Shown one piece after another: positions 35,701 to 47,407 of a stretch of 64,000 bases of DNA. Both the position numbers and the translations under genes were made by a program. The notes below the pieces were generated by a model. That model saw nothing but the letters and a program-made list of their open reading frames with translations. It was not told the origin of the DNA and ran no database searches. The first letter of the stretch is position 1; every line of letters begins with the position of its first letter. This DNA is from Podospora anserina (taxonomy: Eukaryota): assembly GCA_017654855.1 (NCBI GenBank), contig CM030334.1:2232001-2296000 (forward strand). The letters are read 5' to 3'.

Positions 35701-36957
35701 AACGAGGTGCACATCTCGTGGCGCGAAATCAGCTGGGCATACCACTCCACCAGCCAAGACGTCCTTGTCGATTTTGTGACCAAGCAGAACCACGGCAGGA
35801 TGCTGTGGGAGGGCGCGAGAGAAAGCGGCATGTTCATGTGGCTTGGTGACAACGCTGCCGTGAGGCAACAGTTTGAGATTATTGCGAGAAACGAGTACAC
35901 CAAAGGCGAGGACAAGAACCCTATCGATTGCAGCCTCTATTACCTCGCCCTCAAGAAGAAGACTGTCCTCCAGGGCCTGTGGAGAATGGCAAGCTGGAAT
36001 AAAGAACAGGCCTCGACGTCGAAGTTTCTGGCGAATAACTTTGACGATCCGAAGTGGCGGACTGCGGCGCTGAAGAATGCTTACGCGTTGATGTCGAAGC
36101 GGAGGTTTGAGTACGCGGCTGCGTTCTTCTTGTTGGCGGACCATTTGCATGATGCGGTGAACGTCTGTCTTAATCAGCTTCATGACTTGCAGCTCGCGGT
36201 GGCGATCACGAGGGTGTACGAGGGTGATAATGGGCCGGTGCTGAAGAGGCTTCTCGAAGAAGAAGTCCTATCCACTGCAGCAAAAGAAGGAAACCGCTGG
36301 TTAGCGTCGTGGGCATTTTGGATGCTTGGGCGTCGTGATATGGCTGTGAGGGCACTTATTGCAAGTCTTTCCCCCCCGCCCCGGGTTTCTTTTCTATAAC
36401 ACCCCCTGACTAACTCTTTGGAACAGACGCCAGTCTTTGCCCTCCTCTCCACCACCCCCTCCTCCCCACCCCCAGACGACGGCAACCTCAAATCCAAATC
36501 CTACCTCACCGACGACCCCGCCCTTGTAATCTTGTACCGCCAGCTCCGCCAAAAGACGCTTCAAACACTCCGTGGAGCGACAAAGGTCACGCCAAAGGTG
36601 GAGTGGGAGTTTGTGCTGCATTCTGCCGGGTTATATGACCGCATGGGCTGTGACTTGCTCGGCCTTGATTTGGTGAGAAACTGGGAGTTTTTCCACCCTG
36701 CCGCGCAGGCGATGACGGGGTTGGGAGGGGAGATTAACCCGTTGAGGCTGCTGAAGAGGAGGGGGAGCTTGGTTGTGGCTGATATTCCTATCCGTGGGGG
36801 GCCACTGTCGCCGCTTGCGACGCCGGGGGGGCAGATGCAGGTGCCGGGGGAGATGAAGACTGGTGGTGGTGGTGGGACAACGGCAAAGCCGAAGCCGCCT
36901 CCGACGGTGTTTGAGGAGCCGGATGCGAACTCCTTGTTGGACAGTTTTGGTTTTTAA
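32737..36957 (+). CDS. RAV1: RAVE complex subunit Rav1 (WD40 plus Rav1p_C), with an apparent -1 frameshift near 33680
   Basis: MRTILPGLP start; IASVGRYDKLVKVWRR, RFDFVYLRH; WTGHSAPVKKVVRN; LNGPLPVFHPQFL, RSLDENGARF, WREISWAYHSTSQ, AALKNAYALMSKRRFEYAAAFFLLAD, YDRMGCDLLGLDLVRNWEF, FEEPDANSLLDSFGF*. Introns 32836-32899 and 36361-36426 (GC-AG). Confidence 0.9.
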
Positions 36958-37370
36958 AGAGGGGAGGTGAATGATGGAAAAAGGGGGAAGGGGGGTGACA
37001 TGGCAGTGTAGATTCAAGGCATTCATTGTACATATTAAAAGAGAATCGATACATTACACCAAAACTGGACATTCATGAGGCAACTGGGGTATGATCAAAG
37101 GAAAGGACTGCTCTGTATTCATGCCATTGTATCCCTAAAAAAGCAAAAAGAAAGACAACTGTGTACTCCGAACCCAATCCATATACACGCCCCCCCTTGA
37201 TACTCATTGTAGGTCTGATATCCATCCTGTACTTACTCTCCCTGTCGTCTCATCGTGTCCCCAAATCAAGCAAACCCGTCATAGCCCCCCCAGTTACATA
37301 ACTCCACAAAAGCCAAACGCCATCCCAGTCCCTTCCCAAATATGCAAATCAAACCACCCTCCCCCGAAAA

Positions 37371-40199
37371 TCACAACCTAACCGCAGCCCCAATCCCCCT
37401 CCCCCAATACCAAACCCTCTCCCTCCACCTCCCCAACCTAACCCCCACCACCGCCCTCGCATCCAGCTTCATCCTCCCCCCCAGCGCCTCCTCGACCTTA
37501 TCATACCCCACGCTGTCCAAATCCCACACCACCGGCAACCTCGGCGTCTTGCTCTCCCCCGGCGGCGCCGCAAACGGCAAGTCATACTCAATCGTCCCGA
37601 TCACTTCCGTATGGTTATACAGCGCCGTGGCGTTGACATGCTCTATATAAAGCATATTCTTTTTCAGCGGGCTCACAAGCGTAAACTGCGCCGTCGACGA
37701 CCAGAGGTGAAACGTCGCATCCCGAATAAAGTGCGTCTTGTCGTCTTCCGACTTGCCGGGCAGAGACAGCTTCGGTGCGTCGAGCGTAAAGTTTAATCTC
37801 GAGAGCGACGCCCCCAAGGAGGGGAGAGAGGGGATCGTGCCAGCGTGGGTGCGGATCGTGATGGTGGTGTTGTACCCCGACAGATACTGAGAGATGAGCT
37901 CCCGGCCGACTTTGGGACCGTCCTTCTTGCCGCCGAGGATGGGATTCCAACTGGCAAAGACGGGGATGTTGGTGTTGTTTCCGAGACCAAGGTCAAGATT
38001 CTCTGCCTGGGCTTCTCCCAGCGTGGTGCCGTTCTTTTCAAAACGAATGCTGATAAAAGGAATATGTGCTGTATAAGGCGTAGGATTGGTAATGTTGACC
38101 AAAGCACGGAGTGAAATCGAATCAGGCGTCGTGTCGAGAATTTCAATGTTGCCAACTTTGGGTTCCGCAAGACCGGGGAGGTTCTTTCCAAGAGCTATTG
38201 ACCAAGGTAATGTCAGTGACGGTGCACCACGAAGATGGTCGGTTGAGCTGCCAGCGCGGAATGGAATCATGGATGACCAATGGCGACTAACAGTGTGGTG
38301 ATGATCAGAGTAGATACGGACGTTTAACTGGGATTTTGCCCTCGGCGGGCACCCTCTTGACAACGATGCCACCGAGGACTGTCTGCACCTGGACATCGAC
38401 GAGCGCGTTGATGTCGAGCTCAACACCCTTTCCTCCGAAAAGCAAAGCTGCGATCACATCAGTCATGACGTCGGCGTCTGTCACGTTGAGTGGCGCATCG
38501 ACAATCCGAGACTGAATCTTGAGGGTAGCCTCCCCGCCATCAGTAGCGGGGAACTGGGTCGAGTTTGCTTGTTGCCACTCTTTGAGGTTCAGCTCTCCAA
38601 GCTTGTCCTTCTTGTAGAAAACGTCGGCGTTGGCCCGAACATTGGTGACATTGAGAGAAAAGTTCATCTCCGCCGGAAGCCCGGCGATGACCCGAATCGT
38701 GCCCGACACTCTTGGGTTGGATTTGGGGTCGTCAGGCTCGGCTGCTGGATCTGGCATCTTGAAGTGAACATCCGTCAAGGAGAAGTCGCGAATCATGTTT
38801 TCAAACGATCGTCCTGGGAATGGCACAGGCACAGTGATGCTGGACAAGACATCAGCAAGCCAGGCTGGTGTGTCGCCGCCGGGCTTCTGTCGGCCTCGAA
38901 CAAGCACGGTCGTTGTTTCGTTGCCAAGGAACTTTTCGAAGAGCAAATCGAGCGGTGAAGAGTTGGAGTTGGGACAAGCGCGAGTCAAAGGTTCAGGCAG
39001 TTTGTCGACAACACCATCGGCATCGACAGCAACTTCGGAGCGGGACTTGACAGAGGTGCGGTGAGTAATGGCGGACGCAATGACGATGGGAGCGTCATTT
39101 GTTCCGCATCCGGGGACAAGAATCTCGAATCCAAGCTCGGGGATATCGACCGAGATTGGGTACTCGTTAAAGGCTTTGATGGTGACCTCCACACCCATGG
39201 CCCACCGCTCAGCGTGTGACGTGCTTCGCTCAGGCACGGGAATCTCCTTAAAGTTGAGCCTGGTGATGTTATAAGCGGGCAGCTGGGGCATGTCGTGGCC
39301 TACACTACTAATCAGCAACATGTTCATGGTTGGGGCAGGCAATCCAGTAATCATTTTCAAAAGAGAGACTTCTCTCCAAAGTACAACGAAGCGAAAGTGC
39401 GGTAGAGGGATTGACCTTCAAATGTCAACGACTCAGCAATAGAGTGCGTTCCGAGAGGAATCATTCCCGCCCTCAGCTGAATATCAGCCTTTCCCAGCAC
39501 CCGAACCGTATCCAGCCTTCCTTCCAACCACTCATTGGCAATCGTTCGGATACCCTCAGCGTCGCCCGGGATGAGATCGGCAACAAAATCCACCGCGTTG
39601 TTCTGGCCGTTGGCGATACTAACATCCATCGAAGGGACTGCCGCACTTCCCAGCAAGATGTTGTCGTAGTCTGGCAGGTAGACATTGATCCTGGTATCCT
39701 CCGTCCCGATACTTCCAACCAGCCATGTAGCAGCCTTGCCCACCCGTCTAACATGTTCGTTTTCCACACGCTGCGCATCAAGGCGGAAATTCGCCTGGAT
39801 TCTGGCCCGTACACCGTTGGTCGTGATGGACACCAGCGACAGATTCGTCGGTTCAAGAACAATCGCTTGTTTGGCGTACTCCTCCACCGCGGCGGGCACA
39901 AAGAAAGCCCCAATCATAATCCCAAGCGCAAAGAGTGACAGTACAATCACAGCGATCAGTGAAGGCTTCGGTATCGATCTGTCTTTTGTCGATTTGACCG
40001 AGACGGCGTCCGTCTCGCCAGCAGCAACAGATGCTGTCTCGTCTCGTACGTCATCATCCTCGCCATCGTAGCGCCGAGTTGCGCTTGACGATAATAAAGG
40101 TGTTGATTCTGATTGTTCGTCCATCACTCGCGCATCGGGATCGGCGGCTTTCGGACTGCTCAACGCAGCCAGAAACGGCGTCGTTTCCGAGTCTGACAT
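37371..40199 (-). CDS. Tag1-like / DUF3712 single-pass (vacuolar-type) membrane protein with repeated beta-rich luminal domains, 3 exons
   Basis: Dileucine-type ESTPLL signal, one TM helix (LIAVIVLSLFALGIMIGAFFVP), then PAAVEEYAKQAIVLEPTNLSL, VPVPFPGRS..IRDFSLTDVHF, NITNPTPYTAHIPF, HFIRDATFHLWSSTAQFTLVSPL. Introns approx. 39415-39300 and 38321-38195. Confidence 0.7.
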
Positions 40200-41069
40200 G
40201 ATGACACTCGAGATGTCGATGGATTTTAGGCGCTGTTGGGTTGAATGGTTGGGCGGTGGGAAGAAGCTATTGCTTGCCGTCCGCCGAGGGACAACAGGGA
40301 TGGTGCTTATCGTCGCCTTGGCCTATGACATGGCCAGTGAGGTGTTGTCACGAGGTCCCCGCAGCTATCGATAGTGATGGAAGAGAGAGAGAGAGAACCG
40401 CAAAACAGACGGCGGAATGGGTCGTTGAAGAATGAGAGACCTATGGTGATGTCGAGATGAAGTGAAGAGAGGAGCTATGTGCAGATAAGGTTGGGGCTGG
40501 ATGACATCGCTCGGTTGTCCGCCTTGTTGCTGCCTCCGTTCTCCGTACCTTGGAAACGGCAGGGCGGGAACAGCCCACGCGGCCAGAGGTGTGGCGCTCA
40601 GTTGAGCAATGAGAGGTCATTGGTCAGTTAACAAAAGAAGGTGTGTGGCACGGGCGCCCAGCCTTGAGCAAGCGAGACCAGGAACAGGTCCCGAACGCGG
40701 GGGAGAAGACGGCCAGTGAAACAGCCGCAATTCGTCATCCTGCAGCGAGCCCTATCCCAGCAAAACTCAAAACGCCGATGCCTCCGATTCAAGGAGCACA
40801 CCATGTTGAGCCAAATGTTGGGCGAGAAGCAAGAGGAAGCATCAGCTCGAAGCCAATTGGTGCCCTCAATCAGAAGACAGAGTTGAAGTCGAGATCTTCC
40901 CATGACCACACAGAATTCTACAAATGCTGCCTTGGTGATAGAGTCAGACAGACCAACTGACCTCATACAATTTTCCAACGGGACCGGTTACCGGACCCTT
41001 ATTTTTTATACAAGTCATCAAGGTCCCCCCGTCTGGGCATCTTCCCTTTTTTTGGTCCAACCTGCATAC

Positions 41070-41076
41070 TGACTCA
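41070..41076 (+). promoter_or_regulatory. Gcn4/CPC-1 response element TGACTCA upstream of ornithine carbamoyltransferase
   Basis: Perfect TGACTCA about 225 bp upstream of the ATG of an arginine-biosynthesis gene. Confidence 0.65.
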
Positions 41077-41295
41077 CGACCTGTTGCCCTCGTCAACCAA
41101 TTTCCCCATAAGAAGAGGAGGCAATCCCAAGATACCTCTCATTCCAGAATTCAACCGTTTGATACCCACCCACTCCCCACTATCAGTCATCGAGATCTGA
41201 TCCCAAGCCAAAGAGAGAGGAATTGTTTTACTCCCAGGCATTCCCTCCCTTTAAAAGATCTCTCGATAATACACCACCCACCCTTCTCACTCGTC

Positions 41296-42503
41296 ATGAT
41301 GCATCGTGCTGGCTTCCGCACACTGAAAACAACAATGGCTCACCTCCAGACTCGCTCCCTCTCCTCTGCTGCCTCCGGGTCGCAGCCCAGGCATCTCATG
41401 TCCATCGGCGACCTCACCCCAGCTGAGTTCACCAGACTAGTCCTCAACGCCTCCTCTCACAAAAAGGCCGTCAAAGATGCCTTCGCCGCCGGCCAGACAC
41501 CACCAAAGCCCCTCCACGGCGCCATGACAGGCAAGACCGTCGCCATGATGTTCTCCAAGCGCAGCACCAGAACCCGCGTATCAACAGAAGCCGCCGTCCA
41601 GCTCATGGGCGGCCACCCAATGTTCCTAGGCAAGGATGACATCCAGCTCGGCGTAAGCCCCCCCTCTTTCTTCTTACATCTGTTGTACCCAATCTAACAA
41701 CCCCCAGGTCAACGAATCCCTCCACGACACCTCAGTAGTAATCTCCTCCATGACCTCCTGCATGGTCGCCCGCGTAGGCCCTCACTCAGACGTGACCGGC
41801 CTAGCAGCCTCCTCCTCGGTCCCCGTAATCAACGCCCTCTCCTCCGACTTCCACCCCCTTCAAACCATCGCCGACTTCCAAACCATCCACGAGTCCCTCT
41901 CCTCCACCCCCTCCTCCTCCTCCCTCGGCCTCGAAGGTCTCAAAATCGCCTGGGTAGGCGACAGCAACAACGTCCTCTTCGACCTCGCCATCGCCTCGGT
42001 CAAAATGGGCGTCCACATCTCCGTCGCCTCCCCGACCGGCTACGGCATCCCCCCCAACATCAAATCCATCATCGTCTCCGCCGCCCAAGGCGTCCCCAAC
42101 CCAGGCACCTTGACCGAAACAACCATCCCCGAAGAGGCGATCAAGGACGCGGATATCTTGGTCACGGACACGTGGGTGAGCATGGGGCAGGAGGAGGAGG
42201 CGAAGAAGAGGTTGGAGGCGTTCAGGGGGTACCAAATCACCCATGAGCTCGCCAAGCGCGGGGGGGCGAAGCCGAACTGGAAGTTTATGCACTGTTTGCC
42301 TAGGCATCCCGAGGAGGTGGACGATGCTGTTTTTTATGACGAGAGCAGGAGTTTGGTGTTTCCAGAGGCCGAGAATAGGCTTTGGGCTGCGGTTGGTAAG
42401 TCACCCTTGAACATTGTCACCCGTTTTTTGTGAGATGAAGCTTACAACTCTTGACACAGCTGCCCTCGAGGCGTTTGTGGTCAACAAGGGCAAGATTCTC
42501 TGA
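41296..42503 (+). CDS. ARG3: Mitochondrial ornithine carbamoyltransferase (arg-12/argB), 3 exons
   Basis: Presequence, [69 protein letters not shown]. Introns 41653-41707 and about 42396-42459. Confidence 0.97.
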
Positions 42504-42842
42504 ATCTTTGGGGTAGATGAGATGAGGTAGAAGGGGGGTCTACAAAAAAAGTGTCTTGGTTGGTTTTACATCAGGGGGCTAGGGAGCGTATGGCTTTTTT
42601 TTCTGGAGAGAGGCGTACGGAAACAAAAAAAGTTATATATCACGGGTAGCGATTTGAGAAAGATGTCAAAATAATCTGGACAATTCAGATTCGGTATCAA
42701 TTTCCTCTTTAGATTCGGTTCTACGCCGTTCCACCCACACGCCTCACAAGTAAAACACCCGCGTAAACACTTTTTGTAGCTCTCCCAGAACTCTCAGAAT
42801 CAAAGCAAATCGTTCCATTTCATTATTACTACCAAGATTGTT

Positions 42843-43934
42843 TTAACCAGGGGGGAGGGTGCTGGCATCGACAACCTCGTCAGCGTCCTTGACGTGCTGA
42901 TCCTGCTCATCAGGACCGTAGAGGGGTGATCTAGGCAGGGCCATCAGACCGGTGCGGGCGGACTCGAGAATGCCAAAAGGAGCGATGAGCTTGAGGAAAG
43001 AGTCGATTCTCTCGGGCTTAGCGGAACTGTTTTTAAGGAAGTGCATATTAGTGACTGTTCGACTGGTTTGGGGGGGTGGGTGACTCAAGGTCTAACCAAG
43101 CAGTGAAAAAGCTTGGCCTGATAATGAAAAGTGGGGGGGAAGGGGGGTCACTTACATCTCAACAATGCAGCTGTTAGTGCTAATATCGAGAACCTTTCCG
43201 CCAAACTGATGAGCAAAATAAGTGATATTCTTGAGATGCTCATGCTTGTGACGCAGAGCCTCGCTGACAACCAGCCTGCTAGGGTGGAAGTCCTGCGACA
43301 CCTCCTCCAAGCTAGGTTCAGAAGCAGCAGGGGCCGCCTCAGCAGCCTCAGCAGGAGCCGTGATCTCCCTGTGGTGGGCGAGGAGCTCCTCAAAGTACTC
43401 GGGACCAAGAATGTTGATCTTGGCGAGGAGAAGCTCGCGCTGGACGAGAGCAGAGTTTGTATAGTCCAGAACGGCCCATACGGGGACGAGATCCTCGAGT
43501 TGGCGACGGGCCTGCTCGACGACGCCGTCTTGCCCGGTAAGCACGATGGTCATGCGGGAGAGGTCCTCTACTTCGGTGTTGCAGACGACGAGGGAGTCGA
43601 TGTTGAAGCCGCGGGCGGCGAGAATGCCGGAAACGCGGGAGAGGACGCCGGGCTCGTTTTGGACGAGGCAGTTGAGGACATGGCGCTTCGGAGGGGCGAC
43701 GGAGGGGGTGGGGGTCTCGTAGAGGATGTTGGACACGGCTGCTTGGGCTGACCACGAGGGGGGCTGGTCGCTGATGGGGAGGGGTGCCTGCCGGCGACGG
43801 TTGGCTTTGTAGGCAATGGCCGAGGTGGAGGAGCTCTTGCCGGAGCTGTGCCTGACGGCGGTTTGCGCCAGGAGGCCGGCACGGGCCTGCGTCGCTATCC
43901 TCTTGGAGGGAGCGAAGAGGCAGCGGGAGGCCAT
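42843..43934 (-). CDS. ILV6: Acetolactate synthase regulatory (small) subunit, mitochondrial, 2 exons
   Basis: HVLNCLVQNEPGVLSRVSGILAARGFNIDSLVVCNTEVEDLSRMTIVL, QRELLLAKI, SAKPERIDSFL..FGILESARTGLMALPRSPL, VDASTLPPG*. Intron about 43155-43027. Confidence 0.97.
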
Positions 43935-44063
43935 CTCTAGCTGTGGGTTGGCGAACCGGGCAGGTTCGTTTTGCTGGGGAAGGGGTCGATCAGGTTTGTT
44001 TATCGTCAATCTGAAGGAGCTGTCGACGTCAACATGGGGTGTTTGTTTCGCGGATCAACAAGC

Positions 44064-44070
44064 TGAGTCA
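44064..44070 (-). promoter_or_regulatory. Gcn4/CPC-1 response element TGACTCA upstream of ILV6
   Basis: TGAGTCA on the + strand, 130 bp upstream of the ILV6 ATG. Confidence 0.6.
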
Positions 44071-44452
44071 CCACAATGTCGGGAAGCCGGGGAAGGAAAG
44101 GGTTGAAGAGGAAAAAGTGACTGACCGAATCGGCGCTCAGGTCCGGCGTGCACACCGCGAAAACCCTCCACAACGGCTGGCTGTCACAGCTCAACTGAGC
44201 TCAACTGGCTCAACTGGCATTGGTCAATGGCCGCTAGCCAGCGCTTGGCTCCGGACTCGGTGAGAGGTGGTGGGGTTTTCAGTGGTGATGGTTCCGGAAG
44301 GTCGGTTAAACCCTCCTCCGGCCGTCCATTTCCGGGCATCTCTGTCTGCAGACAGGTACCCGGACGTTTTCCAGGGTCCCTGGTCCTCATCGGCCACACA
44401 GTATTTGGAACAGTGTGTGCCTCCGCGTCGTGGACAAAATATCATCTCAAGA

Positions 44453-44597
44453 CCTTTGAAGATAAGTTATTGTTGATATACCTTTGAAAACAGCCAACAG
44501 GCCTTTGATGATAGCTGACGTATGCTTGAAGGCCTATTGACTGTCTTTTCGTATGTCTACTTCGTATCGGGCTGTCTTTGAAAGCCTATCGACTATC
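44453..44597. repeat. 21-bp family array C (reverse-orientation units followed by forward units)
   Basis: 44487-44506 aaaacagccaacaggccttt (reverse unit); 44525-44545 cttgaaggcctattgactgtc and 44577-44597 tttgaaagcctatcgactatc (forward units). Confidence 0.75.
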
Positions 44598-44910
44598 ATG
44601 TTCTAGGGCCCATGCTCTGCATCAGTCTCCATTTACTGTCCAACATAACGCCCCGTTTTCATCCTTCCACTGGCGAGCCTCGTGCATTTTTCTGCGCAAC
44701 CGAAACTTTGGAGCTGTCCAAGGGCCTCCATTATATGACACTTCGACAACCTCTTATTGAATCCAACTCCGTTGCGCTACTTTTCTGTCTCGCCCAGCCA
44801 GTCCTCAACTTCGCCTGTCTATCCGCAACAGATACGGTCCCTCCGTTCCGTCCTTCTTCACCTGCGACTTGACACCTGTGCCTCGCCGAGAGAAACGAAA
44901 CGCGCGCGCA

Positions 44911-46824
44911 ATGGACGGACGTAGCACGAAGCGGTCTCGCTTTGACCAGACCGAGCCGGAGCCTCGCCGTCCTTCGAGATTCGACCGTCGATCCCGTTCG
45001 CCGCCGGGGCGCAAGCCCGACTCGGATCGCGAACGTGAGCGCAGCCCTCTTTCTCGGCCTCGCGACGCGCCCACCGGTCCCAAGTCCCCAGTTGATCCCG
45101 CTGCTGCTGCCGGTAGGTCCTGAAGTTTTTTTTACTCTTTTCTTTTCTCCTTGACACGCCTAAGCCTCTCCTTCCTCTTTCCAATGCTAACGTATCCAAC
45201 AGCCGCCGCCGCTGCCAAGATCAACGCTCAGCTACAGGCCCGCAAGGGCATCCAACATGTAGATGTCCCACCCGTCCGGTCCGCGTCGTCCGGCAAAGAA
45301 GGAAGCGCCGGACCTGCCCTCAACGGGGAGGTGTATGTTGCCGATGGCGACTTTATCAAGGACATCGAAGTGAACGATCTGCGCAACCGCTACCTTCTGA
45401 CCAAAGGCTCGACCCAGAAAATGGTAAATAACTCCTTGTGTTGCCTACTGATACACCATCAGGTCAATATCCAAGCTTTTTGTGCGGGACAGTCTTGCTT
45501 ACTGGAAGCTTGATAGCTCGCACAGGCACACCCACTTTTGCATCTGCTAACCTCGGCTGCTTGATCTAGATTAAAGATGAGACTGGTGCCGGTACGCCCA
45601 CACTTGATACCTCTGCTATTCTGTTTGGACTACGGTTGACCACATGTGTTTCAAGATGTCACCACTCGCGGAAGCTACTTTCCCGACAAGTCGATGGCCA
45701 CGCCGGCGAACCCTCCTCTCTACCTCCACGTAACGTCCACGACCAAGGAAGGCTTGGACAAGGCAGTAGCCAAGATCGAGGAGTTGATGAAGCAGGAACT
45801 CCCCCAACTTGTCGATGAGCGCCGCTTTCAGCGCCGCCACAACCCCGAGCAGCCGCCGGTCGAGCGTGACGAGTTTGGCCGAGTAAGTACTATCGAATTT
45901 GTTGTGAAAGAATCTGCTGACCATGTACAGCGCAAATGGCCCGAGGAGAAGATAGCAATCACGCTCGAGTCGGTCCCAGGTTTCAACCTGCGCGCTCAGG
46001 TTGTTGGACACGGTGGCGCATACGTCAAGCATATCCAGTCGGAAACTGGGTGCCGTGTTCAGATCAAGGGCCGCGGGTCCGGATACATCGAATCCTCCAC
46101 GGGCCGTGAAAGCGAAGAGGACATGTACCTCCATGTTGCCGGCCCCGATCCTCTCATGGTCAAGAAAGCAAAGGAGCTCTGCGAGGATCTGTTGGACAAC
46201 GTAAAGCAGGAGTACGAAGCATTCAAGAGTCGGCCTCCTCCTCAGCGACATTACAACGGCGGAGGTGGTGGTGGTGGTGGCTACGGCGGCGGTCGAGGTG
46301 GTGGCGATTCATTCCATGGTCAAGCATACAACCGCGACAGTCACAGTCACCACAACAGCAGCCACAGCCAAAGTCATAGTTACAGCAACTCCCCTGCCCC
46401 TCCGGCAGCCTCTTCTTCGGCATCTCCTGCACCAGCGGCCAGCACTCCCACAGCAACGAACCCGGCTGACTACGCCGCTCAATACGCGCAATACATGCAG
46501 TACTACGGCAGCGCAGCAGCTGGTGCTGATCCGTACGCGGCGTATGGAGGGTATGAAGCGTACATGCGAATGTACCAGCAATGGATGGCAAGCCAACCAC
46601 AGCAAGCTCCCGCTGCCCCAGGTGCATCTGCATCTCCCCCTCCTCCTCCACCAAGCGATGCGGCGCCTCCCCCACCGCCTCCTTCCTCGGCTCCTCCCCC
46701 TCCCCCACCAGGAGGACCCCCAGGCACCTCTGGTGGGATGTACAGCGCGGTATGATTCTCTCTGATTGCTTCAGAAGCCGCTTGACTAACTTTTGTCTAG
46801 CAACCTCCACCTCCGGGGCTCTAG
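44911..46824 (+). CDS. KH-domain RNA-binding protein (KHDC4/BLOM7-like splicing factor), multi-exon
   Basis: RS-rich N-terminus, AAAAAAKINAQL, FIKDIEVNDLRNRYLLTKGSTQ, 22-nt micro-exon IKDETGA, DVTTRG..PPLYLHVTS, FNLRAQVVGHGGAYVKHIQSETGCRVQIKGRGSG, Pro-rich tail ending QPPPPGL*. Confidence 0.85.
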
Positions 46825-46928
46825 AGAAGGCAATAAACAAAGAAAAGGAGACTACCTACTTTTGGGAATGGGGGGGCCCTCAGCGATAGTCAATATGCCT
46901 CGGTAGATTAGTTACTATGGCTCTAAAA

Positions 46929-47121
46929 TATAGTCAGGACGCCCTTTGGCCAGATTTGACACGCCTTCAAGCACGGTCAAACACCTTCAAGTACCGTGAA
47001 TATGCCTTGAAAGATGGTCGAAGGCCTTTCCGTTATCTTTGAAGGGCTTGCCATTGAAGATAGTCCGCATACCTTCCAAGCTATTGAAGAGGAGTTTGAA
47101 GATAGTTGAGAGGCCTTTTGC
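46929..47121 (-). repeat. 21-bp family array D (degenerate, reverse orientation)
   Basis: Units cagatttgacacgccttcaag (46951), cacggtcaaacaccttcaag, taccgtgaatatgccttgaaa, gatggtcgaaggcctttcc; second block in 21-bp phase at 47059, 47080, 47101 (gatagttgagaggccttttgc). Confidence 0.65.
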
Positions 47122-47407
47122 AACATTTTGAAGCCTTAGTTTTACAAGTAATCAGTCTCCTTCCTCTTGCTGTCATGATATCTCCGGGCCGTGCCGTTGG
47201 TCAAGTCCAAGCTCCGTGCCTGAGTGTGTGGGGAGCTTTAAGCTCCATTCTTTCCCCACACAGCCGCCGGGCCGCAGTGTCACCTTCATCCAGCAGCTTC
47301 AACCTACAAACTCACATTGACGGTTGCCCTTGCCATCCCCTGTTGAAGCGGCTGGTATATTCTCCTATTTCACGATATAACGTTTTTCATCGAATCCCGT
47401 CGCCGAA

